This document shows positions 7,935 through 17,030 of a DNA stretch of 64,000 bases, piece after piece. The DNA lies in IMG/VR virus record IMGVR_UViG_3300044644_001125, positions 248,001 to 312,000 of that record; one strand, 5' to 3'. The notes under the pieces are model-generated. The model was given only the letters and a program-made list of their open reading frames with translations. It was not told the DNA's origin and searched no databases. How positions within the stretch are numbered: the stretch's first letter is position 1; the number at the start of each line of letters is the position of its first letter. A program made the position numbers and the translations under genes.

Positions 7935-10106
7935 ATGAGTTATGTAGATGCTTTTTATGAAAAAGATCGCGATATTATCCACGTAGTTGAACGTGATACA
8001 GATGGCATTCGCCATTACCGAGAATTTCCAGCAAACTATGTCTTTTATTACGAAGACCCAAATGGTAACCATCATTCAATGAAAGGTAAACCATTGTCTA
8101 GGGTTAAAAGTAAAACCCACAAAGAACATCATAAGAATATTGCTATATTTGGTCAAACCAAGAAGTTATATGAAAGTGATATCAATGTTACCTATCGTTG
8201 CCTTGAAGACCATTACCTTAACGCAGATGCACCTAAACTCAATGTCGCGTATTTCGATATCGAGACCAGTATGTGTCCTGATCGTGGGTATGCCGCACCA
8301 GACGATCCTTTTATGCCAATTGTTTCTATTGCTGTATATCTTCAGTGGTCTGAAACTATGATTTGTTTGGCAATTCCACCAAAACATATGAGTATAAAAG
8401 AAGCTGAAGAGCAAGTAGCTGAGTTTGAGAACACGTTTATCTTTAAAACAGAAAAGGAATTATTAGATACATTCCTTACTATTATCGAAGATGCTGATGT
8501 ATTAAGTGGTTGGAATTCTGAATCATTCGATATTCCATATACCGTTAATCGAGTTGCTAAGGTTTTAAGCAAAAACGATACTCGTCGATTCTGTTTATGG
8601 GATCAATCTCCTAAGAAACGTGAATTCGAGAAGTTTGGTAAGGTTTCGACTACTTTCGATTTGGTTGGTCGAGTTCATATGGATTACTTGGACATTTATC
8701 GCAAGTATACCCATGAAGAAAAGCCATCTTATCGATTGGATGCTATTGCTGAATATGAATTAGGTGACCATAAAACTCCGTATGATGGTACATTAGAACA
8801 GCTATACAATCAAGACTTTAAGACTTTTATCGAATATAACCGACAAGACGTTGCACTGTTAGATAGAATGGATAAGAAGTTGAAGTTTATGGATTTGGCT
8901 AATACGACTGCTCATGGTTGTACTGTATTGTTACCAACTACGTTAGGTTCCGTTGCAGCTATTGAACAAGCTATTATCAATGAGGCGCATAGTAAAGGGC
9001 AGATTGCACCTAATAGAAAGCCACGTAATGATAATGAAAACACGCAAGCTGCTGGTGCGTATGTTGCTTATCCCAAAAAAGGTCTACATGATTGGGTTGC
9101 TTCATTAGATATCAACTCGCTGTATCCTAGTACGATTCGTGCACTTAACATGAGTCCAGAGACTATCATCGGACAGTTAAGACCAGTGGCAACTGATAAG
9201 TTTATTGCAGATCAAATGGCTACAGGTAAGAAGTTTGCTTCATGCTGGGAAGGTGTATTTTCGACTTTAGAATATGATGATGTTATGTCAAGAGATTCAA
9301 ATCGTATGCTTACTATCGATTGGGAAGAAGGTAGCAGTGATGAACTTAGTGCTGCTCAAACCTACGATTTAATTTTCAAATCTGGTCAATCATGGATGTT
9401 AAGTGCAAATGGTACTATCTTTACTTTTGAAAAAGAGGGAATTGTACCTGGGCTATTGAAAAAGTGGTACGCTGATAGGCAAGGTATGCAAGCGAAAATG
9501 AAAATTGCACGCGATGCCGGACTCGACATCGAAGAACGATACTGGAGTATTAAGGAGCAATTTTGTAAATTATTGCTAAATAGTTTATACGGTGCTTTGC
9601 TCAATAGCGGTTGCAGGTTTTTTGATAAACGTATTGGCCAAAGTACAACGTTGACTGGTAGGTCTATCACTAGACACATGACAGCTCAGGTTAATGAAAT
9701 TGTATGCGGTGAATATAATTATCTAGGAAAATCAATACTTTACAATGACACGGATTCGCTAGAATCTGGATCTATCATTCGAACAACGAGTGGAGATTTG
9801 ACTATCGAAGAATTGTTCGATCGTGGTAATTTGAAATGGAATTCTGGTGATAAAGAATATTCACGCGATGATGATATACGAGTAATACACTGCGATGGGA
9901 CTGACAACTTGTCATATACCAATTATAATTATGTTTATCGACATAAAGTGTCTAAAAGACGATTTAAAATTATGACAGCGAATGGAAAAACGGTAACAGT
10001 AACCGAAGATCATAGTGTTATGATCAAAACGGATACTGGATATATTGAAAAGAAACCGATGGATATTAAACCAGGTGATGTGGTAATGACTATTAATACA
10101 GTATGA
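7935..10106 (+). CDS. DNA polymerase family B (gp43-like), N-terminal part fused to the split intein N-half
   Basis: Exo I FDIET, Exo II GWNSESFD, Exo III YNRQD; motif A DINSLYPS; motif B KLLLNSLYG; motif C YNDTD then intein sequence. Confidence 0.95.
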   Translation: MSYVDAFYEKDRDIIHVVERDTDGIRHYREFPANYVFYYEDPNGNHHSMKGKPLSRVKSKTHKEHHKNIAIFGQTKKLYESDINVTYRCLEDHYLNADAPKLNVAYFDIETSMCPDRGYAAPDDPFMPIVSIAVYLQWSETMICLAIPPKHMSIKEAEEQVAEFENTFIFKTEKELLDTFLTIIEDADVLSGWNSESFDIPYTVNRVAKVLSKNDTRRFCLWDQSPKKREFEKFGKVSTTFDLVGRVHMDYLDIYRKYTHEEKPSYRLDAIAEYELGDHKTPYDGTLEQLYNQDFKTFIEYNRQDVALLDRMDKKLKFMDLANTTAHGCTVLLPTTLGSVAAIEQAIINEAHSKGQIAPNRKPRNDNENTQAAGAYVAYPKKGLHDWVASLDINSLYPSTIRALNMSPETIIGQLRPVATDKFIADQMATGKKFASCWEGVFSTLEYDDVMSRDSNRMLTIDWEEGSSDELSAAQTYDLIFKSGQSWMLSANGTIFTFEKEGIVPGLLKKWYADRQGMQAKMKIARDAGLDIEERYWSIKEQFCKLLLNSLYGALLNSGCRFFDKRIGQSTTLTGRSITRHMTAQVNEIVCGEYNYLGKSILYNDTDSLESGSIIRTTSGDLTIEELFDRGNLKWNSGDKEYSRDDDIRVIHCDGTDNLSYTNYNYVYRHKVSKRRFKIMTANGKTVTVTEDHSVMIKTDTGYIEKKPMDIKPGDVVMTINTV
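9756..10103 (+). other. Split intein N-fragment (116 aa, Ser1)
   Basis: Starts SLESGSIIRT..LTIEELF immediately after YNDTD; block B VTEDHSV; ends KKPMDIKPGDVV then a stop. Confidence 0.9.
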
Positions 10107-10113
10107 GGAGATA

Positions 10114-11844
10114 ATGATGAATGAATTGGAAGAACGTAATTTAACAGTACTAACATTTAAAAAGAAGTACCCACGGCAGTACAAGTACTTGCTTGAATAT
10201 TACGGCGGGGTTCGTGTATTTGACAAAGCAGCGGCGGTGTGTTTATATTTACGAGGGGCTAAACCTCCGACATGCTCTATTTGTGGGAAATTACTTGCGG
10301 TTGATAAATGGTCTAGGAATTCGTCATATTCGCCAAGGTGTAATACTCACTCGAAAACTAACCCTGATACTATAGTAACTCGTGAGATATTAGAGGAAAA
10401 TAACCCACATGGGTATACTATTGTTGACGTGCCACTATATGCGTCACCATCGACCTATATAAAACTACACTGCCATAATCATGGTGATTTTTCACAACCA
10501 GCGTCTAATTTCCTTAAAGGTATGCGGTGTAATAAGTGCTATGATCGTAGTACTGAAATTCCAGTAAAAGTCGATTATAATACTTGGTTGGAGCGTAGTA
10601 TTGGACATTTTGGTGATTTTTATGATTATTCAAAAGTCAGTTTTACAAGAGTGGAACAGGATATGATAACAATAGGATGCCCAGATCATGGAGATTATGA
10701 GCAACGTGCATCGACTCATATGCGCGGCCATGGTTGCCCAAAATGTGCAAACGCATTGAGTAGTACAAATCTAACTCGATCGACTGCAGAATTTATCAGG
10801 TTGGCAAATATCAAGCATTCTGGAAAATACCAATACCCGAATACAATATATAATGGTTCTCGTTCTATTGTGGAAATTGAATGCCCGATACACGGGCCAT
10901 TTAATCAAGTCGCGTATTACCATCTTGCTGGGAATGCGTGTCAGCAGTGTGGTTATGAGATATCAACAAGCAGGTCCGCTGCAGAAAAAGAATTGGTTGC
11001 GTGGTTGGAAGATACGGGTATTTCTAACGTAACCCACTCTAATAGGATTTTCAGTTACGAGTTAGACGTTTATCTACCAGATTATAACATTGCAATCGAA
11101 TATAATGGATTGCATTGGCATTCTTCCAATAGTAAAGATTTAGATTGGAAATATAAATCTGCACACTTGTACAAGACCACTGAGTGTGAAAGTCGAGGTA
11201 TTCAACTATTTCATATCAACGAATCAGAATGGGGATTGAATGCAACGAAAAAGGAAATATGGAAATCGATTATACTTGAAAACCTACAGGTCGCACCAAC
11301 GATATTAAAGATTACTGACTGCGATATCATAATTGTGGATTCTAGCACCGCAATCGAGTTCATGGAAGAGAATCATATTTATGGTTACTTTCCTGGATCA
11401 TCGCATATTGGTTTAGAACGTGATGGTGTACTGGTTGCATTAGCCACCTTTGCCAAATCTAATGATAGAAATGCGAAACCAAATACGTATGAACTGGTAA
11501 GGTATGCCACCCTAATATACACAAGCATACCATCCGCGTTTAGTGTAATACTTTCGCATTTCACACAGGATAAGACTGGTGCATTAATTGCATATGCTGA
11601 TCGTAGATTCGATAACGGTGCTTTATTTGAATCCAATGGGTTCGTGTTAGATTCAATTGAAAAACCAACATATCAATATATCAAAGGTCAAAAAACGTAC
11701 CATCGTTGCAAATTCACCAAATCAATTGCGGAAAATACATTACCAATATTTGACAAAAGCAAAACTTTGGTTGAAAATATGTATGATAACAAATACCGCA
11801 GAATGTGGGATTGTGGCCAATTGATTTATATTTTACAATTTTAG
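10114..11844 (+). CDS. Free-standing homing endonuclease-like protein (zinc-ribbon repeats, Vsr/DUF559-like PD-(D/E)XK domain, C-terminal GNAT-like domain)
   Basis: Own GAGGAG RBS; three CxxHG...CxxC repeats; ELDVYLPDYNIAIEYNGLHWHS..GIQLFHINESEW; C-terminal YELVRYA..AYADRRF..WDCG. Confidence 0.85.
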   Translation: MMNELEERNLTVLTFKKKYPRQYKYLLEYYGGVRVFDKAAAVCLYLRGAKPPTCSICGKLLAVDKWSRNSSYSPRCNTHSKTNPDTIVTREILEENNPHGYTIVDVPLYASPSTYIKLHCHNHGDFSQPASNFLKGMRCNKCYDRSTEIPVKVDYNTWLERSIGHFGDFYDYSKVSFTRVEQDMITIGCPDHGDYEQRASTHMRGHGCPKCANALSSTNLTRSTAEFIRLANIKHSGKYQYPNTIYNGSRSIVEIECPIHGPFNQVAYYHLAGNACQQCGYEISTSRSAAEKELVAWLEDTGISNVTHSNRIFSYELDVYLPDYNIAIEYNGLHWHSSNSKDLDWKYKSAHLYKTTECESRGIQLFHINESEWGLNATKKEIWKSIILENLQVAPTILKITDCDIIIVDSSTAIEFMEENHIYGYFPGSSHIGLERDGVLVALATFAKSNDRNAKPNTYELVRYATLIYTSIPSAFSVILSHFTQDKTGALIAYADRRFDNGALFESNGFVLDSIEKPTYQYIKGQKTYHRCKFTKSIAENTLPIFDKSKTLVENMYDNKYRRMWDCGQLIYILQF

Positions 11845-11850
11845 GAGTTT

Positions 11851-11988
11851 ATGATGCAATTTGTTTCAGAATTATCAACGGTGACATTCGTTGAGGAGTT
11901 ATCACCGTTTGATGACGAATACGTATACGACATTGGAGTTAACGCAACAGATCCATGGTTTTTTGGTAACGATATACTAGTTCATAAT
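11851..11988 (+). other. Split intein C-fragment (46 aa), terminal His-Asn, +1 Ser
   Basis: Block F VYDIGV and block G ILVHN followed by S. Confidence 0.92.
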
Positions 11989-12837
11989 TCAGTATATTTC
12001 TCTGCGTATGAAACACTTAAACCAGATATCGAAGCTGGTTTGATTCCATGGGATAAAGAATCAATCATTCAGTTTTATGATGCAATTGGTGAAGAAGTTA
12101 ACGAGACTTTCCCTAAATTCATGTCCACTGCGTTTCATTGCCCTAAAGCACGTGGTTCTGTTATTAAGGCTGGTCGTGAGATTATTGGGTCTAAAGCGCT
12201 ATTCATTACTAAGAAACGGTACGCGGTTCTTTACTTCGACAAGGAAGGTAAACGTACAGATATTGATGGTAAGCCTGGAAAAGTAAAAGCTATGGGTTTG
12301 GACTTAAGACGATCCGACACCCCACCTCCCATTCAAGACTTTTTAAGTAATGTATTGGATATGGTTCTTAATGGCAAACCACAAGAGGATACAATCAAGT
12401 ACATTACCGAATTCAGACAAGAATTCAAGAAATGGAATGGTTGGGAAAAAGGTTCACCAAAACGAGCTAATAACATTACCAAGTATGGTACACTATTAAC
12501 CGATAAAGGCAAAGCAACGATACCAGGTCAAGTCAGAGCTAGTATCAATTGGAATACTTTAAAACGCATGAATAGTGACAAATATACTATGTCTATTATC
12601 GATGGATCAAAAGTGGTAGTTTGTACACTCAAAGATAACCCGATGGGATTCAAGAGCGTAGCGTACCCAGTTGATGAACAAAGATTACCTCAATGGTTCA
12701 AAGAACTCCCATTTGATGAAGCCATTATGGAAGAAAAGTTAATTGATGATAAGTTGGACAACTTGATTGGCGTACTCAACTGGGATTTGAGTGAAACCCG
12801 TCAGAATAACTTCTTTAATTCGTTGTTTTCGTTTTAA
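11851..12837 (+). CDS. Split intein C-half fused to the DNA polymerase B C-terminal part (palm/thumb)
   Basis: AGGAG RBS; YVYDIGV..FFGNDILVHN|SVYF; KKRYA; KAMGLDLRRSDTP. Confidence 0.95.
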   Translation: MMQFVSELSTVTFVEELSPFDDEYVYDIGVNATDPWFFGNDILVHNSVYFSAYETLKPDIEAGLIPWDKESIIQFYDAIGEEVNETFPKFMSTAFHCPKARGSVIKAGREIIGSKALFITKKRYAVLYFDKEGKRTDIDGKPGKVKAMGLDLRRSDTPPPIQDFLSNVLDMVLNGKPQEDTIKYITEFRQEFKKWNGWEKGSPKRANNITKYGTLLTDKGKATIPGQVRASINWNTLKRMNSDKYTMSIIDGSKVVVCTLKDNPMGFKSVAYPVDEQRLPQWFKELPFDEAIMEEKLIDDKLDNLIGVLNWDLSETRQNNFFNSLFSF

Positions 12838-12840
12838 GTA

Positions 12841-12870
12841 TTGACATATTGCGGTTAGTTGTAATATACT
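12841..12870 (+). promoter_or_regulatory. Sigma70-type promoter overlapped by an inverted repeat
   Basis: TTGACA-18-TATACT; ATTGCGGTTAGT/ACTGACCGCAAT arms span the spacer and the -10 box. Confidence 0.65.
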
Positions 12871-12888
12871 GACCGCAATTTAAACAAA

Positions 12889-12910
12889 GCTCGTGCCTAT
12901 CGGCACTCGC
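12889..12910 (-). repeat. GCGA-GTGCC-GATA-GGCAC-GAGC hairpin (copy of the 7569 element on the opposite strand)
   Basis: Reverse complement of gctcgtgcctatcggcactcgc; compensatory stem changes relative to 7569-7590. Confidence 0.8.
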
Positions 12911-12933
12911 AATAACCAATAAAGGAAAATAGT

Positions 12934-13257
12934 ATGCTGAAACGTGAGGATGTAAAACTTACCATTGAGATGGCACCAAAGCAATACGAAAAAGAATTAG
13001 CATGGGATACTGGTATGATGTACTGTTTTTCATTAGATATTAATGGAAAAACTGGTTGGAGATTACCTACTATATCAGATGTACGAGATTTATGGTTCCA
13101 ATATGATGCTTCCGAAATAGATGGAATCTACTGGACAAATCAAACCACACCAGGTGAAGATTTCGCATGGGCTGTTGATTCTGACGGTATAGATGCTACT
13201 GGATATGATAAGTGTATGGCTAAACTCATGGTTAGACCAGTACGAGATATCACTTGA
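12934..13257 (+). CDS. Short DUF1566/Lcl-like (CLec-fold) protein, paralog of the 60588-61473 genes
   Basis: EMAPK..YCFSLDINGKTGWRLPT..YWT..AW..VRPVRD. Confidence 0.75.
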   Translation: MLKREDVKLTIEMAPKQYEKELAWDTGMMYCFSLDINGKTGWRLPTISDVRDLWFQYDASEIDGIYWTNQTTPGEDFAWAVDSDGIDATGYDKCMAKLMVRPVRDIT

Positions 13258-13282
13258 CAACCCATTCACAAACCATTAAACT
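13254..13282 (+). promoter_or_regulatory. Sigma70-type promoter
   Basis: TTGACA-17-TAAACT. Confidence 0.6.
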
Positions 13283-13348
13283 ACACAAAGCAGTACCAGA
13301 TTCCACTTATATGTGGATTATTTTAACTTCAAACCTCGAGATTATATT

Positions 13349-14089
13349 ATGATTAAAGATACTCTACAAGACATCGTAGCACACACACATTCATTAGGTA
13401 TTTTACCAACAGTAAAAGTAACTGGAACACCAACATCAACTTCTATTGAATCTATTGCCGAAGATAAATCGGTTATTTTGCAGGCTGAAGTACATAAGCC
13501 AGTTGCAGAATTTGAAGGTGTATTTGGTTTACCTAACTTAGATAAGTTAAACATCCATTTAAAATGTCCAGAATACCGTGAAGACGGAAAAATTGAAGTT
13601 GTACGTGAAGTACGTGACGGAGTTGAAGTTCCGACTTCCCTACATTTTGAAAATGCAGCAGGTGACTTTTCAAATGACTACCGTTTTATGAGTACTGCGG
13701 TTATTAACGAAAAGATCAAGAATGCTATTTTCAATGGTGCACAGTGGAAGATTTCATTTGAACCGACTATTGCAAGTATTACGCGTTTGAAGTATCAAAG
13801 TACGGCTCATTCACAAGAACCAGTTCTGGAAATAAGTACAAAGAACAATAACTTAATCGTTAGTTTTGGTGATGCATCTACGCATGCTGGTAGTTTTATA
13901 TTCCATACAGTTACTGCTACTGAATCCTTAAAATATACTTGGTCTTGGCCAGTACATCAAATCATTCAGATTCTTGGATTAGCTGGTACTAAAACCATGA
14001 ACATTTCTGATGTTGGTGCGATGCAAATTATAGTTGATAGTGGTATTGCTGTATATAAGTACATCTTACCTGCATTATCTAGTAAGTAA
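13349..14089 (+). CDS. DNA polymerase sliding clamp (gp45-like)
   Basis: About 246 aa, two-domain alpha/beta pattern ending YKYILPA; located just downstream of polB; likely start at ATG 13349. Confidence 0.65.
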   Translation: MIKDTLQDIVAHTHSLGILPTVKVTGTPTSTSIESIAEDKSVILQAEVHKPVAEFEGVFGLPNLDKLNIHLKCPEYREDGKIEVVREVRDGVEVPTSLHFENAAGDFSNDYRFMSTAVINEKIKNAIFNGAQWKISFEPTIASITRLKYQSTAHSQEPVLEISTKNNNLIVSFGDASTHAGSFIFHTVTATESLKYTWSWPVHQIIQILGLAGTKTMNISDVGAMQIIVDSGIAVYKYILPALSSK

Positions 14090-14095
14090 TCTTTT

Positions 14096-14120
14096 AGGGT
14101 GGTTAATAGCCACCCTTTTT
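14096..14120 (+). terminator. Intrinsic terminator
   Basis: AGGGTGGTT-aat-AGCCACCCT-TTTT. Confidence 0.7.
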
Positions 14121-14130
14121 CGGAGGTTTT

Positions 14131-14322
14131 ATGCAAAGAGTTACGATATTAACCCGTGAACAGATCAGTAAGTTGAGTGAAATCGCTGATAGATTTGAAG
14201 ATATACCACAATTTGAGATTTGGGAGAAATCCGAATCTGGTATTGGGGTTAATGATTATGTTAAGTTTGAACATGGTTCATTGTCAATTACGATTGATAT
14301 TACGGATGTGAGTAATTGGTGA
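14131..14322 (+). CDS. Hypothetical protein
   Basis: GGAGG RBS; conserved-looking SGIG and IDITDVSNW motifs. Confidence 0.7.
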   Translation: MQRVTILTREQISKLSEIADRFEDIPQFEIWEKSESGIGVNDYVKFEHGSLSITIDITDVSNW

Positions 14323-14900
14323 ACATGCCAGAAGTTATAGGGTCTTACGACCCAGCCGAATTGAATGACTTTGAAAACAACCACGAGTTGTACTTACAGT
14401 ATGATCGAAATCCAAGAAAGGATGAGTTGTTTTCTTTATCTCCAGATTCTAAGGTTTATATCCACTCGAAAGAAATCTACTGTTTGGATTCGAGTATTGA
14501 AAAACTTACGTATAGTATGGAGTTTAAAACTAAGTCAAATCCAGTATTAGGTACGTTTGTTTGGCAAGCTAGTGTGTGGCATTCTAAGATTGATCCAATC
14601 ACCACCGGATTGCCAGAAAAAGTATTTTTCGAATACTTGTTACCAACATACGAAACCGTGCTAACTGATTCTCGACAGTCTTGGGACGGTAAAAGATTCT
14701 GGATGGGATTGATTCCCAAGGCTTTTGAGAAAGGTTTGAATGTTTATTATTTTGACTTTAGTGATAACCGGCTAACCAAGATAATTGATTTAACCCATTG
14801 GAAATCGTTCTACAATCAGGTTGGGTCAAAGATATGGACTACTGCTGAAATAGGGCAGATGAAGCGTATGGTGATTACTTCTAAGTTGTTACAGGGATAA
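14319..14900 (+). CDS. Hypothetical protein, possible GNAT-like fold
   Basis: GTGA overlap; GLPEKVFFEYLL..LTDSRQSWDGKRFW. Confidence 0.55.
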   Translation: MNMPEVIGSYDPAELNDFENNHELYLQYDRNPRKDELFSLSPDSKVYIHSKEIYCLDSSIEKLTYSMEFKTKSNPVLGTFVWQASVWHSKIDPITTGLPEKVFFEYLLPTYETVLTDSRQSWDGKRFWMGLIPKAFEKGLNVYYFDFSDNRLTKIIDLTHWKSFYNQVGSKIWTTAEIGQMKRMVITSKLLQG

Positions 14901-14960
14901 ATACAATTGCTTACGTAAGCAATTTAAACCCTTTTTCAATAACCAATTAGGAACCAAACA

Positions 14961-15191
14961 ATGGCTACTATTGAACCATCAGTTTTTTATCATGGACGAC
15001 GTACAGTTGACCAAATCTTTGACGATTTAGATTCATATCTTGATTTCTGCCGTTTTGAGTTAAGAGAGTACAACCCAGCGGAGTTATACCGCAGAGATTC
15101 AGCAAATTACACTGCTTATCTTACGAGTAAACGTCCGCGAAAACCGTATCTAGGTAACAATCCTAGAAACAAGAAATACCAAAATTCGTAA
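14961..15191 (+). CDS. Hypothetical protein
   Basis: AGGA RBS; IFDDLDSYLDFCR..YNPAELY. Confidence 0.7.
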   Translation: MATIEPSVFYHGRRTVDQIFDDLDSYLDFCRFELREYNPAELYRRDSANYTAYLTSKRPRKPYLGNNPRNKKYQNS

Positions 15192-15240
15192 AACAAACAA
15201 GAGCAGATTCCTTAATCTGCTCTTTTAATTTGAGGTGATT

Positions 15241-15585
15241 ATGACTCCCGAAGACTTTTTTGATGCAGTTGAAAACGACACTGCTCCTTATACTATTAGA
15301 TTTAGACCACAGCATTTTTGTCCAATATTCAAACTTAATTCTAAACTTAGGGGCGCATGGAAAAACTATGCGTTTGAGAAGTATTATGGTTGGGATAGTT
15401 CGCCTACTATAAACCGCAAAACCTTGATGAAAATACACGGTGAATTGCATTATCTTTCAGAACATGCACCACTGCCAGTTCAATCCAAGTGGCAATCTGC
15501 GTATCGTAGATTTTCAGCACGACATCTACCAAGTAAGAATTATTACAGATGGGCTGATCGGTATACACCTTGCGGCTGGATTTAA
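15241..15585 (+). CDS. Hypothetical protein
   Basis: GAGGT RBS before ATG 15241. Confidence 0.6.
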   Translation: MTPEDFFDAVENDTAPYTIRFRPQHFCPIFKLNSKLRGAWKNYAFEKYYGWDSSPTINRKTLMKIHGELHYLSEHAPLPVQSKWQSAYRRFSARHLPSKNYYRWADRYTPCGWI

Positions 15586-15588
15586 AGG

Positions 15589-15617
15589 TTGACTTCTATT
15601 ATCTTTTAGACTAAACT
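15589..15617 (+). promoter_or_regulatory. Sigma70-type promoter with an ATTATCTTTTAG box in its spacer
   Basis: TTGACT-17-TAAACT; box at 15598-15609. Confidence 0.6.
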
Positions 15618-15644
15618 AGGCTTTTACAAATCAAGAGGTGAAAG

Positions 15645-16154
15645 ATGGAATTAATAACGATTGACCAGCGAGAGTTTAACGGATATGTTGCTAATATCTG
15701 TAGACAAATCGCAAAAACCAATTGGAAACCTGATTATGTTGTTGGTATTGGTCGTGGTGGTGCAGTTCCAGCAGTAATGATTAGCCAATACTTTGATGTT
15801 CCCTACCATTCAGTTGGCGTGAACTTGCACACCCATTCAAATACTGAGCATAACTGCTGGATTAGTTGTGATGCGTTTGGTGAATCTGGTGAACGTAAGA
15901 ATATCCTAGTAGTTGATGACTTAAACGAAACTGGTGAAACCCTAAACTGGATTGTTGATGATTGGCAATCTGCGTGTATACCAGATTCACCAGAATGGGA
16001 TTCCATTTGGAACGCAAACGTTAAATTTGCGGTAGTAGCAGATAATACCACTAGTAAGTTTAACAAAAATATTGACTTTTGTGGTTTTGAAATGCATTAC
16101 CCAAAAGAAGAATACCTTATAACTTTTCCTTATTCAAGATGGTGGCAACTGTGA
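15645..16154 (+). CDS. Type I phosphoribosyltransferase (purine PRT-like)
   Basis: YVVGIGRGGAVPAVMIS and PRPP-binding loop ILVVDDLNETGETL; C-terminal FPY. Confidence 0.85.
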   Translation: MELITIDQREFNGYVANICRQIAKTNWKPDYVVGIGRGGAVPAVMISQYFDVPYHSVGVNLHTHSNTEHNCWISCDAFGESGERKNILVVDDLNETGETLNWIVDDWQSACIPDSPEWDSIWNANVKFAVVADNTTSKFNKNIDFCGFEMHYPKEEYLITFPYSRWWQL

Positions 16155-16483
16155 AGCAGTGGACAACAGAAGTACAATACGACGAAACAACCGATTCACA
16201 TTTTATCATCTTACCAGATGATCTTTTAGATACAGTTGACTTAAACGGTGGTGATGACGTGGAATGGATTGATAATAAAGATGGTTCTTGGACTATTAAA
16301 CGAGTTGATTATGTGGCTGGTTCTACGCAATTAGACTTTAGTTCATACGACGAAATTATTGAATGGCCATTGGACTTGACTCCAGTTGATTCTGTGGTGT
16401 ATTCTGAAACTATGAAAGGTTTGACGAAATTAACACCAGTCAAAGCTGGTTGGTCTGCTCAGTTCATATTAAATACAATGTAA
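16151..16483 (+). CDS. AbrB/MazE-like DNA-binding domain protein
   Basis: FIILPDDLLDTVDLNGGDDVEWIDNKDGSWTIKR; GTGA overlap start. Confidence 0.6.
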   Translation: MKQWTTEVQYDETTDSHFIILPDDLLDTVDLNGGDDVEWIDNKDGSWTIKRVDYVAGSTQLDFSSYDEIIEWPLDLTPVDSVVYSETMKGLTKLTPVKAGWSAQFILNTM

Positions 16484-16535
16484 TACGTGTGGGTAGTTAT
16501 CTACCCACGGTTTTCCACCAATACGGGAATCAAAA

Positions 16536-17030
16536 ATGATTAAAGACGCACTTAGAAAGATAACAGGTATTGCTGCAATGGAAGAAACTGCTGCAGCAAC
16601 TATTAAACAATTAGAAGAAGCAGAGGCTAGACTTCAGAAAAAGATTAAGTCTGCTGAGAAAGCAACTAAAGCGGCTGAACAAGCAAAAGCCGAAGCAGAA
16701 GAAGCTATTATCAAAGCAGAACAGCAACAAGCCAATTACGCATCACCAAAAGATAAGGCAACCGCCAATGGTGAACCTTGGGTTGGCGTACTTGAAACTC
16801 ATGTAAATGCTGATAACATCCGTAATGGGTTCTTTGAACTTGATTGGAATGATATGTTTATCACCCAATTGAGAAATAACGGCTATGGTGCTAATGGCGA
16901 TTCTGATGAAAGTATTATCGACCGTTGGTTTAAAGAATTATGTGCTAATGTTGTAATGGAAGATGATTATCCAAGTGATATTACTACTGGTACACTTGAT
17001 ATTGCCTCTGTTTTGAGAGCAAACGCATGA
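16536..17030 (+). CDS. Hypothetical protein (coiled coil plus C-terminal domain)
   Basis: EPWVGV..NGFFELDWND..IIDRWF. Confidence 0.7.
   Translation: MIKDALRKITGIAAMEETAAATIKQLEEAEARLQKKIKSAEKATKAAEQAKAEAEEAIIKAEQQQANYASPKDKATANGEPWVGVLETHVNADNIRNGFFELDWNDMFITQLRNNGYGANGDSDESIIDRWFKELCANVVMEDDYPSDITTGTLDIASVLRANA

Noticed and set aside
10104-11851. Stop-codon recoding or sequencing error making one contiguous intein
   Set aside because: The three ORFs are not all in one frame, each has its own RBS, the stops differ (TGA, TAG), and other genes are intact in the standard code
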